Assembly (NCBI RefSeq): GCF_000007145.1
Contig: NC_003902.1
Coordinates: forward strand, 180,001-212,000
From: Xanthomonas campestris pv. campestris str. ATCC 33913
Lineage (GTDB): Bacteria > Pseudomonadota > Gammaproteobacteria > Xanthomonadales > Xanthomonadaceae
Length of the DNA stretch: 32,000 nucleotides
Direction: 5' to 3'
Numbering within the stretch: the first letter of the stretch is position 1; each line of letters starts with the position of its first letter. The notes under the pieces are model-generated. The model did not search any database. It was not told the DNA's origin and was given only the letters and a program-made list of their open reading frames with translations. Position numbers and translations under genes: made by a program. This document shows positions 17,498-26,669 of this stretch, piece after piece.

Positions 17498-18556
17498 ATG
17501 CCCGCCCGCAAGAATCCCGAAGAGGGAATGCCCGGCCTGCCGAAGGGCAAGGTAGCAACGATCAACGACATCGCGCGGATGTCGGGCGTGTCCAAGAAGA
17601 CCGTCTCGCGGATCATCAACAACTCGCCGCTGGTGCGGCAGGACACCCGCGAGAAGGTCGAGGCGCTGATGCGCGAGGTGGGCTACGCGCCCGACCCGCT
17701 CGCCCGCGGGCTGGCGTTCCGGCGCTCGTTCCTGATCGGCATGGTCTACGACAACCCCACCGCGCAGTACATCGTGGACATGCAGTACGGCGCGCTGGAC
17801 GCCTTGCGTGGCTCCAGCTTCGAGCTGGTGGTGCACCCCTGCGACAGCCGCAGCCCGGGCTATATCGAAGGTGTGCGCCGGTTTGCCCAGGCGCAGAAGC
17901 TGCACGGGGTGATCCTGGTGCCGCGTGCCTCCGAGGACCAGGCGCTGGCCGACATGCTGGCCGAGATCGGTTGCCGCTACACCCGCATCGCCTCGATCGC
18001 GCTGGACACCACCTCGCAGACGGTGATCACCCACGACCGCGACGGCGCGGCCGAGGCGGCCGACTACCTGCTCTCGCTCGGCCACCGCGACATCGCCCTG
18101 GTCACCGGCCCCAGCGCCTACCGCTCCTCGATCGAGCGCACCGCCGGCTTTGCCGACGCCTTGACCCGGCGTGGCATCGAACTGCCGCCCGAGCGCATCG
18201 TGGAGGCCGGCTACACCTTCGAATCGGGCGTGGCCGCGGCCGAAAAGCTGCTGCTGGGCAAGAAGCGCCCCACCGCCATCTTCACCGGTAACGACGAAAT
18301 GGCTGCCGGTATCTACAAGGTCGCCCTGCGCGCCGGCATCAACATCCCGCGCCAGCTGTCGGTGATTGGCTATGACGACAGCTCGCTGGCCTCGCGCCTG
18401 TGGCCGCCGCTGACTTCGGTGCGCCGCCACACCCGCGACACCGGCCGCACCGCCGCCGCCATGCTGATCCAGCCCGACAACGCCCCGCAGCTACCCACCG
18501 CCAGCGTGCGCCCGCACCTGATCGTGCGCGACTCCTGCCAACCGCCGGAAGATTGA
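17498..18556 (+). CDS. LacI-family transcriptional regulator
   Basis: HTH ATINDIARMSGVSKKTVSRIINN, followed by a periplasmic-binding-protein-like core (...IGMVYDN..., ...GVILVP..., ...GHRDIALVTG..., ...IFTGNDEMAAG..., ...SVIGYDD...). The start is ambiguous: TTG 17489, ATG 17498 and ATG 17528 are all in frame. Confidence 0.85.
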   Translation: MPARKNPEEGMPGLPKGKVATINDIARMSGVSKKTVSRIINNSPLVRQDTREKVEALMREVGYAPDPLARGLAFRRSFLIGMVYDNPTAQYIVDMQYGALDALRGSSFELVVHPCDSRSPGYIEGVRRFAQAQKLHGVILVPRASEDQALADMLAEIGCRYTRIASIALDTTSQTVITHDRDGAAEAADYLLSLGHRDIALVTGPSAYRSSIERTAGFADALTRRGIELPPERIVEAGYTFESGVAAAEKLLLGKKRPTAIFTGNDEMAAGIYKVALRAGINIPRQLSVIGYDDSSLASRLWPPLTSVRRHTRDTGRTAAAMLIQPDNAPQLPTASVRPHLIVRDSCQPPED

Positions 18557-18597
18557 GCACGTAACGCCCCTCCCATTCGGGAGCGCGCGTTGCCTCG

Positions 18598-19320
18598 CAC
18601 CCTCATCCGGCGCTACGCGCCACCTTCTCCCGATGGGAGAAGGGAGTGGGCCCCTCTCCCTCCGGGAGAGGGGTTGGGGTGAGGGTACGGCGGCAGACCG
18701 CCATCTGCGAAAGCTCAGCCATGAGCTTAGGTAGGAGGCGCATAAGCCTCCCCTGACCAAACCAAGCCGTGCCCCCGACATAGCGCGCAGCTTCGTACCC
18801 TCATCCGGCGCTACGCGCCACCTTCTCCCGATGGGAGAAGGGAGTGGGCCCCTCTCCCTTTGGGAGAGGGGTTGGGGTGAGGGTACGGCGGCAGACCGCC
18901 ATCTGAGGAAGCTCAGCCATGAGTTCAGGTAGGAGGCGCATAAGCCTCCCCCCGACCAAACCAAGCCGTGCCCCCGATATAGCGCGCCGCCTCGCACCCT
19001 CATCCGGCGCTACGCGCCACCTTCTCCCGAGGGGAGAAGGTAGTGAGCCCCTCTCCCTTCGGGGCGAGAAGGCACGGCTTACGCGCCATGGGCGCGCGTG
19101 CCTTGGAGCGCCCGCGGCGCAAGCGCGGGCCGGGGTGCGGAGCGGGGGTTGGGGTGAGGGTACGGTGGCAGACCGCCATCTGAGAAAGCTCAGCCATGAG
19201 CTCAGGTAGGAGGCGCAGAAGCCTCCCCTGACCAAACCAAGCCGTGCCCCCGACATAGCGCGCCGCCTTGCACCCTCATCCGGCGCTACGCGCCACCTTC
19301 TCCCGAGGGGAGAAGGAAGC
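18598..19320. repeat. Tandem array (about 3.3 copies) of a ~198-bp mosaic of palindromic (REP-like) modules
   Basis: Unit starts (ACCCTCATCCGG...) are at 18599, 18797, 18996 and 19272, giving periods of 198, 199 and 276 nt. The third unit carries an insertion of roughly 85 nt at about 19061-19146. The fourth copy is truncated after the first hairpin. Confidence 0.9.
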
Positions 19321-19367
19321 AGGCAGCCAGCAGCCCCCACCCACGCTCCGCTTTCGTGCACTGCGCA

Positions 19368-20300
<933 letters not shown>

Positions 20301-20375
20301 TGCCCCGCCGTCGCGCCAACGGGTGCGGCGGCCCCATCATCGAACGCGGCATGCCGCATCTGGAGCGATAAGGTA

Positions 20376-21131
20376 ATGAGCAATCCGTTCAGTCTCGAAG
20401 GCAAGGTCGCACTGGTCACCGGTGCCAACACTGGCCTGGGCCAGGGCATCGCGCTGGCACTGGCAGAGGCGGGCGCCGACATCGCCGCCGCCGGCATCCA
20501 GGCACCGACCGAGACCGAAGAAAAGGTCAAGGCGATGGGCCGCCGCTTCGTCGCCATCGAAGCCAACCTGATCAGCATCGAGCCGGTGCAGCGCATCCTC
20601 GATGAAACCCTCGCCGGCCTGGGCCGCCTGGACATCCTGGTCAACAATGCTGGCCTGATCCGCCGCACCGATGCGGTGGATTTCAGCGAGCAGGATTGGG
20701 ACGACGTGATGAACGTCAACCTGAAATCGGCGTTCTTCATGTCGCAGGCCGCCGGCCGCCACTTCATCACGCAGGGCAGCGGCAAGATCATCAACATCGC
20801 CTCGATGCTGTCGTTCCAGGGCGGCATCCGCGTGCCGTCCTACACCGCCAGCAAGTCCGGCATCGCCGGCATCACCCGCCTGCTGGCCAACGAGTGGGGC
20901 AGCAAGGGCGTGACCGCCAACGCCATCGCCCCCGGCTACATGGCCACCGACAACACCGCGCAGCTGCGTGCCGACCAGGACCGCAACAAGTCCATCCTGG
21001 ACCGCATCCCGGCCGCGCGCTGGGGTGTGCCGGCCGACCTCGGCGGCGCGGCGGTGTTCCTGGCCAGCAGCGCCTCGGACTACGTCAACGGCGCCATCAT
21101 CCCGGTCGACGGCGGCTGGCTGGCGCGCTGA
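20376..21131 (+). CDS. kduD: 2-dehydro-3-deoxy-D-gluconate 5-dehydrogenase (SDR family)
   Basis: 251 aa. It starts FSLEGKVALVTGANTGLGQGIALALAEAGA and has LVNNAG, the YTASK catalytic motif and the tail NGAIIPVDGGWLAR. Position directly after kduI supports the call. Confidence 0.9.
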   Translation: MSNPFSLEGKVALVTGANTGLGQGIALALAEAGADIAAAGIQAPTETEEKVKAMGRRFVAIEANLISIEPVQRILDETLAGLGRLDILVNNAGLIRRTDAVDFSEQDWDDVMNVNLKSAFFMSQAAGRHFITQGSGKIINIASMLSFQGGIRVPSYTASKSGIAGITRLLANEWGSKGVTANAIAPGYMATDNTAQLRADQDRNKSILDRIPAARWGVPADLGGAAVFLASSASDYVNGAIIPVDGGWLAR

Positions 21132-21147
21132 GAAAAATGCGTCGTTT

Positions 21148-21190
21148 CCTTCTCCCACCGGGAGAAGGTGCCCGCAGGGCGGATGAGGGT
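21148..21190. repeat. Solitary, inverted copy of the first module of the 198-bp repeat
   Basis: CCTTCTCCCACCGGGAGAAGGTGCCCGCAGGGCGGATGAGGGT is close to the reverse complement of ACCCTCATCCGGCGCTACGCGCCACCTTCTCCCGATGGGAGAAGG. It lies between kduD and the next gene. Confidence 0.7.
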
Positions 21191-21290
21191 CGGTATGCAC
21201 GCGCACAACCCCGACATGCATGACGTCCGCCACGCAAGCACGCATCAACCACATTCCAACCAACTTCCCCAACGAAATCGGAGCATTCCC

Positions 21291-21947
21291 ATGAAAATTG
21301 CACTCATGAATGAGTTTAGCCAGGCCGCCAAGAACCCGGTGATCCTGCAGCAGCTCAACGACGTCGCCAGCGAGCAGGGCCATGACGTGTTCAACGTCGG
21401 CATGGACGGCGACAACGACCACCGCCTGACCTACATCCACCTGGGCATCGTCGCCAGCCTGTTGCTCAACGCCAAGGCCGTGGACTTCGTGGTCGCTGGT
21501 TGCGGCACCGGCCAGGGCGCGATGATGTCGCTCAACGCCCACCCGGGCGTGTTCTGCGGCTACTGCATCGAGCCGACCGACGCCTACCTGTTCGCGCAGG
21601 TCAACAACGGCAATGCGCTGTCGCTGGCATTCGCGAAGGGCTACGGCTGGGGCGCGGAAATCAACGTGCGCTACATCTTCGAAAAGGCCTTCAGCGGCGA
21701 GCGTGGCCTGGGCTACCCGGCCGAGCGTCGCGAATCGCAGGCCGCCAACGCCGGCATCCTGACCCAGGTCAAGCAGGCCACCGCCAAGTCTTACCTGGAC
21801 GGCCTGCGCGCGATCGACCCGGAGCTGATCAAGCAGGCGATCGGCGGTGCGCGCTTCCAGCAGTGCTTCTTCGACAACGCCCAGGACGCGGAGATCCGCA
21901 GCTTCGTCGCCGGCCTGCTCGGCAAGAGCGAAGCCGCTGCTGCCTGA
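21291..21947 (+). CDS. RpiB/LacA/LacB-family sugar(-phosphate) isomerase-like protein, long form
   Basis: 218 aa. GGAG lies 7 nt upstream of ATG 21291. The segment MKIALMNE...VDFVVAGCGTGQGAMMSLNAHPGV resembles the RpiB/LacAB fold signature (GxGxG after a beta-strand). It carries a ~70-aa C-terminal extension relative to classic RpiB. Confidence 0.6.
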   Translation: MKIALMNEFSQAAKNPVILQQLNDVASEQGHDVFNVGMDGDNDHRLTYIHLGIVASLLLNAKAVDFVVAGCGTGQGAMMSLNAHPGVFCGYCIEPTDAYLFAQVNNGNALSLAFAKGYGWGAEINVRYIFEKAFSGERGLGYPAERRESQAANAGILTQVKQATAKSYLDGLRAIDPELIKQAIGGARFQQCFFDNAQDAEIRSFVAGLLGKSEAAAA

Positions 21948-22049
21948 GTGCAGTTGCATGCGCATGCCGGTGTTCCTGTCGCGGGAGCAGGCATGCGCCA
22001 GCAAGGCGAGTGCGTGAGACGTCGATGACGCTTCAGGCAGCGCGATCCT

Positions 22050-22084
22050 TCACCACCGGATGCATCACCTGCATCCGGTGGTGA
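22050..22084. other. Perfect 15-bp stem / 5-nt loop hairpin in a long non-coding spacer
   Basis: TCACCACCGGATGCA-TCACC-TGCATCCGGTGGTGA, about 100 nt after the preceding stop. No T-tract follows. Confidence 0.5.
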
Positions 22085-22469
22085 CACGCGCAGGATGCGG
22101 CAGTCAGTGAATGTCCTGCGTTGAATGACTCCGATGCAGGCGCTGACAAGCGCGCGTGCTTTGGAGTGAGCACGCCGCACGCGCGGGTCCGGGGCGCGTG
22201 TACGGCGCAAGACAGCCAACCGGCAGGCAAGCGCAGGGATCGGATCCACTCGATCAACAACCAGCGCCGGTGGTGTCGCTGACCCCGCGGAGCATCACGG
22301 CGTTCGTTAGTGATCTAGCCGACGCGCGAAGGACGGTTAATTGCCAAATCGAAGTACGCATCAAGCATGCATGCATGCGTCATTACCGCACTGCAGAGAG
22401 CGGCAAAACCAGATCCAAAAAGCAACAGCAGCAACAACATCGAACACAGAACCCACCACGGAGCCCCTC

Positions 22470-23585
22470 ATGCGTCGACTGCTCATCGCCATGCTGCTGC
22501 TCTGCGCGCACGTTGCCCACGCCGCGCCCCATCGCATTTTCATCGCCGGCGATTCCACCGCCGCCGAGTACGGCTCGGACCGCGCACCGCAAGCTGGCTG
22601 GGGCCAGATGCTGCAAGGCTGGTTCGACCCGGCGCAGTGGCAGGTCCACAGCCACGCCAAGGGTGGGCGCAGCACACGCAGCTTCATCGCCGAAGGGCGG
22701 CTGGATGCCATCGCCAAGGACATCCGTGCCGGCGACGTGCTGCTGATCCAGTTCGGCCACAACGACGCCAAGCGCGAAGACGCCACGCGTTACACCGATC
22801 CGCAAGGTGACTACCAGCAGTTCCTGCGCCGCTTTATTGCCATCGCGCGCGACAAAGGCGCCACGCCGATCCTGATCACCCCGGCCGCGCGCTTGCTCTA
22901 CGACTTCGGCGCGCTGCCCGACACGCATGGCCGCTACACCCTGGCCATGCAGCAACTGGCCGCGCAGGAGCAGGTGGGCCTGATCGATCTCAACGCCAGC
23001 TCCAGCGACTGGATCCGCGCGCTCGGCGAACAGGCGGCCAAACCGTATTTCCTGTTCGTGCCCGAACAAACCAAGGCCGATGGCACCCACTTCAGCCAGG
23101 CCGGCGCCACCGCCATTGCGTGCCTGGTCGTGCATGGTTGGGTGCAACTGCAGCCGGCGCTGAAACCCCAGCTACGCCGCGATGCCGATTGCGGCGCTGC
23201 GCCGGACACCGCCGCACGCCGTGCCGCGCAGGCGCATCCCTCGCTGGTCGTGCATGAGCGCGACCTGCCGCGCAGCCAGCCCGGCCCACATGGCGGTGCC
23301 GGCCCGACTACCGCCTATCCGTTCTTTGCCGACGCGCCGGAGTTGAAGTTCGTGCTGCGCAAGCGCGTGCTGCACAAGGGCGCCGGCATCGGCCTGCATC
23401 TGCACGACAAGGACGAGATCTACTACGTCGTCAGCGGTCGCGGCCTGTACGCGCTGGATGGCAAACAGTACGAAGTGGCCGCCGGCGATGCACTGCTCAC
23501 CCGCCCCGGCAGCACGCATGCGCTGCAGCAAGTGGGCGAGGAAGATCTGGTGATCCTGCTGACGTATCTGGCTGCCAGATCCTGA
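22470..23585 (+). CDS. Secreted SGNH/CE12 esterase (rhamnogalacturonan acetylesterase-like) fused to a C-terminal cupin domain
   Basis: 371 aa. GGAG lies 6 nt upstream. Signal peptide MRRLLIAMLLLCAHVAHA. SGNH blocks: IAGDSTA, AKGGRST, QFGHND and DGTHFS. From about residue 285 there is a cupin with GIGLHLHDKDEIYYVVSG (HxH...E...G) and GDALLTRPGSTHAL. Confidence 0.8.
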   Translation: MRRLLIAMLLLCAHVAHAAPHRIFIAGDSTAAEYGSDRAPQAGWGQMLQGWFDPAQWQVHSHAKGGRSTRSFIAEGRLDAIAKDIRAGDVLLIQFGHNDAKREDATRYTDPQGDYQQFLRRFIAIARDKGATPILITPAARLLYDFGALPDTHGRYTLAMQQLAAQEQVGLIDLNASSSDWIRALGEQAAKPYFLFVPEQTKADGTHFSQAGATAIACLVVHGWVQLQPALKPQLRRDADCGAAPDTAARRAAQAHPSLVVHERDLPRSQPGPHGGAGPTTAYPFFADAPELKFVLRKRVLHKGAGIGLHLHDKDEIYYVVSGRGLYALDGKQYEVAAGDALLTRPGSTHALQQVGEEDLVILLTYLAARS

Positions 23586-23675
23586 GGCACTGTGCAGTGC
23601 GGTGCACGGCTCGATAACGCGATGCGCTGCTGAAAAGAATGCGCCGCTCGCCGAGCACGCAGCGCGTTTAACGTT

Positions 23676-23746
23676 GTTACCGCGTTACCGCGTTACCGCG
23701 TTACCGCGTTACGCGTTGTGGCGTTACCGCGTTGTGGCGTTGCATG
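23676..23746. repeat. Octanucleotide tandem repeat (GTTACCGC)n with degenerate units
   Basis: Four perfect GTTACCGC units occupy 23676-23707. They are followed by GTTACGC, GTTGTGGC, GTTACCGC, GTTGTGGC and GTTGCATG. The tract lies between convergent genes. Confidence 0.9.
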
Positions 23747-23851
23747 TCGTGCAGCCGAGCGCATCAACCGCAGGCTGTCCGGTGCAGTGCGGCCGCAGGA
23801 CTGCCACATCGAAGTGGTCTGCGGCGCGGCTCAACCACCAACGCAACTGCC

Positions 23852-24496
23852 TCAGGCCTTGTCCACCCCGTAGTGGATCAACCCCAATCGCGCCAGCGCG
23901 CTGGACTGGCGGTAATACACCTCTTCCCAGCCATCCACGCGCTGACGGTCGGTTTCGCTCATCGCATCGAGAATGTCTTCGATGCTGAGCAGGTCCGGGT
24001 CTTCTTCGAGCCGCTCGAACACCGCGCCCAGGCCATCGATCGCCTGGCGCACCTGGCTTGCACCCATCGCGGTGAGCGCCTGCAGCGCACAGCTGCGGGT
24101 CAGCGCATCCCAGTGGTCGAAGTAGCGCGCGTAGCCGCTGTCGCTCATGTCCGCGTCCAGGCGGGCCAATGCCACCAGCTCGCGCTCGCCCGGCGTCAGC
24201 GCATCGAAGCGGCCGCGCACCGCCACCAGCCGCGCCTGTGCGCGTGCGGTGCGTCGGTGCCACAACAGCATCGGCATGTTGAGCAGCCCCTGCGCACTGG
24301 GCGGCGCCACGGCCGGCCAGTTCACGCCATGGCTGTCGTCGGTGAGTTGCCACTGCGCGCGCTGCGCTGGCGTGGCCTTGGCCAGCAGCCGCTGCGCCTG
24401 GATCGGCTCGTCGATGCGCATGCCGTTGTCCAGCGTAAACAGCAGGCGCGTGTCGTCCAGCTCCAAGCGCCGGATGCGGAAGTGCGTCAGGTCCAT
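23852..24496 (-). CDS. Hypothetical two-domain protein (DUF2442-like N-terminus, DUF4375/DMP19-like C-terminus; not verified)
   Basis: 214 aa from ATG 24496 (MDLTHFRIRRLELDD...). The ORF-track N-terminal extension to 24775 looks non-coding. There is no convincing SD. Amino-acid composition is protein-like with acidic helices at the C-terminus. Confidence 0.55.
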   Translation of the reverse strand: MDLTHFRIRRLELDDTRLLFTLDNGMRIDEPIQAQRLLAKATPAQRAQWQLTDDSHGVNWPAVAPPSAQGLLNMPMLLWHRRTARAQARLVAVRGRFDALTPGERELVALARLDADMSDSGYARYFDHWDALTRSCALQALTAMGASQVRQAIDGLGAVFERLEEDPDLLSIEDILDAMSETDRQRVDGWEEVYYRQSSALARLGLIHYGVDKA

Positions 24497-24918
24497 GGGC
24501 AGCAACGGTGTGGGGAATCCCGACCTTAGTGCGGGCCGGGGATGCTGTCGAGTCGGTGCGCCGAGGTCGAGCGCGCTTGCGGTGTTTCGACCTGCTTGAA
24601 CAATGCTGTGGTTAGCAGGCGATCCGCCACCGGTCGACCCGTGCAGGGAATGTGGAGTGGGCGCGTGGTACAGGGGAAAACACCAACATTGGTGCACGTG
24701 CCGACTCCTATCGACACCGAAGCACTTCTGGCAGCTGGCAGCGCTTGCAGCGATGCGGTTGTACCGGCGACGCATGCCGTGCGTCTAGCTCGCCTCAGGT
24801 AGGCGCTTCTCGCACCAGAGTGCAGGCGCTAGCGCGCCATCGTCATGTCATCGTCGACGAAGCGGCGCCGACGCCAACACGCCACGCCAGGCCGAACACA
24901 CCGGCGCCAGCCAACCCC

Positions 24919-25809
24919 TCACACGTCGCCGTCGCGGCTCCAGCCTTCGCCGCTGCCGCGCTGCAGGACGTGGTCGGTTGCCAGCACCTCGCCGGCCGGC
25001 ACCTGCGGCTGTTGCGCCAGCGCGGCATAGATCGGGGTGAAATCCGGGGCGGTGGCGTCCATCAGCTGCGTAAAGCTGTCGATGACGAAGTAGGTCTTTT
25101 GGAAACTGTCGATGCGGTAGCGCGTGCGCATCACCCGCTGCAGATCGAAGCCCACCCGGTTCGGCGCCGCCGATTCCAGCGAATGCAGCGATTCGCCCTT
25201 GGACGAGACGATGCCCGCACCGTAGATGCGCAACCCCTGCGGCGTGGCAATCAGGCCGAATTCCACCGTGTACCAGTACAGCCGGGTGAGATTTTGCAAC
25301 GCGTCCGGGCCAATTCCGTGCGCCTTGACGCCACCGCGCCCATAGGCCTGCATGAAGTCGGCAAACAGCGGATTCATCAGCAGCGGCACGTGCCCGAACA
25401 GATCATGGAACAGGTCCGGTTCGGCGATGTAGTCGATCTGGTCCGGGCGGCGGATCCACCAGGTCACCGGGAAGCGCCGGTTGGCCAGATGATCGAAGAA
25501 ATCCAGCTCCGGCAGCAGCCCTTCCACACCGACCAGCGTCCAGCCGGTGGTCGCCTGCAGCACCGCGTTGAGCGCGTCGAAGCGCGGAATCTGGGTGTCG
25601 TCCATGCCCATTGCGTCCTGCGCCTGCAGGAACTCATCGCAGGCCCGCCCGACCAGCAGCGCGCGCTGCCGCCGGTACAGCGTGCCCCAGGTGGCATGGT
25701 CGTCGGCGCTGTAACCATCCCACGGCTGCTCCACCACCGCGGTGGTGTAGACCGGCACATAGCCCTTGTCGGTGAGCTGGTTCTCGACGCGGCGCGGCGC
25801 TGTGTTCAT
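24919..25809 (-). CDS. phhA: Phenylalanine 4-hydroxylase
   Basis: 296 aa with the aromatic amino acid hydroxylase core EPDLFHDLFGHVPLL, LYWYTVEFGL and YGAGIVSS, and bacterial PhhA length. Confidence 0.9.
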   Translation of the reverse strand: MNTAPRRVENQLTDKGYVPVYTTAVVEQPWDGYSADDHATWGTLYRRQRALLVGRACDEFLQAQDAMGMDDTQIPRFDALNAVLQATTGWTLVGVEGLLPELDFFDHLANRRFPVTWWIRRPDQIDYIAEPDLFHDLFGHVPLLMNPLFADFMQAYGRGGVKAHGIGPDALQNLTRLYWYTVEFGLIATPQGLRIYGAGIVSSKGESLHSLESAAPNRVGFDLQRVMRTRYRIDSFQKTYFVIDSFTQLMDATAPDFTPIYAALAQQPQVPAGEVLATDHVLQRGSGEGWSRDGDV

Positions 25810-25936
25810 GCGGTGTGGTTCCCGAAACGGATGGCTTCACCTTAGCCAAATGGCCACGCAACGGGATTGCGAATGTTGCGCACCGGCGGCCGTTAGACGC
25901 AAGATTCGTGCGTCATCGCTTGCTGCTGCGCAACAT

Positions 25937-26419
25937 ATGGATCAACCAATCGCCCTGGACCGCACCGATTTGCGCCTGCTCGCGCTGCTGCAGACGCAAG
26001 GGCGCAGCAGCAACGCCGAGCTCGCCGCGCAGGTCAATCTCTCGGCCTCGGCCTGCCTGCGGCGTACCCAACGGCTGGAAGCGGCCGGCATCATCGCCGG
26101 CTATGGCGCGCGCCTGGATGCGCGCGCGCTGGGCCTGGGCCTGCAGGCCTTCGTGCGGGTGCAGCTGGAACAGCACGGCCAGCCGGACATCGAGCACTTC
26201 GCCGCCGGCGTGCGCGGCTGGGACGAGGTCGTGGCCTGCTGGGCGCTCACCGGCGACATGGATTACCTGCTGCAGGTGCAGGTGCGCGACCTGGAGCATT
26301 TCTCGCGGTTTTTGCTGGATCGCCTGCTCAACGCCACCGGCGTATCGGATGTGAATTCCAGCTTCGTGCTGCGCACGGTGAAGGCCCCGGAAGGCTTGCC
26401 GCTCTCGCATCTGGCGTAA
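25937..26419 (+). CDS. Lrp/AsnC-family transcriptional regulator, divergent from phhA
   Basis: 160 aa. LDRTDLRLLALLQTQGRSSNAELAAQVNLSASACLRRTQRLEAAGII is the HTH_AsnC motif. It is followed by a RAM/AsnC_trans_reg domain (GDMDYLLQVQVRDLEHF). Confidence 0.9.
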   Translation: MDQPIALDRTDLRLLALLQTQGRSSNAELAAQVNLSASACLRRTQRLEAAGIIAGYGARLDARALGLGLQAFVRVQLEQHGQPDIEHFAAGVRGWDEVVACWALTGDMDYLLQVQVRDLEHFSRFLLDRLLNATGVSDVNSSFVLRTVKAPEGLPLSHLA

Positions 26420-26506
26420 GCGCGTGGGGGCTTAGACCGCCGGGGTTGCCGGGGGCGTCCTCGCGCCAGCGAGCGCGGGACAGCGCCGTGCGCTTGCCCA
26501 ACAAAC

Positions 26507-26525
26507 GATAACGATTTACATTTGC
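26507..26525. promoter_or_regulatory. Fur-box-like sequence upstream of the TonB-dependent receptor
   Basis: GATAACGATTTACATTTGC matches 13/19 to the consensus GATAATGATAATCATTATC. It lies in an AT-richer patch about 145 nt upstream of the start. Confidence 0.45.
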
Positions 26526-26669
26526 ATAACACTGGCAGCGTCCAGCCGTGTCCCCCGTCGAACCGCCAGCCCACCGGGCCAGCCAGCTTGTCGTCCGGGT
26601 GGATGCCGACGCGTGCCCGCCGCTTCCTGTCACTGACGCGCCGCGTCTGCCCGATCGATGAGACCCCCG

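Noticed and set aside
18598-19320. Possible CRISPR array, given regularly spaced repeats.
   Set aside because: The whole ~198-bp unit is repeated, so there are no unique spacers between short repeats. The unit length and internal multi-hairpin structure do not fit CRISPR, and there are no cas genes in the window. The 8-nt repeats at 23676-23746 are likewise a microsatellite.
20301-20375. A possible terminator between kduI and kduD: the GCGGCATGCCGC palindrome at 20346-20357 and a CCGCCG...CGGCGG pair.
   Set aside because: The stems are short (6 bp) with no T-tract. The 75-nt gap and the SD before kduD are consistent with co-transcription, so I do not call it a terminator.
24497-24918. A possible small RNA or tRNA in the 420-nt gap between the orphan protein and phhA. 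It contains short palindromes such as CACCAACATTGGTG.
   Set aside because: I could not fold a cloverleaf or find conserved tRNA boxes (no GTTCGAATC-like T-arm). The palindromes are short and isolated, so support is insufficient to call an RNA gene.
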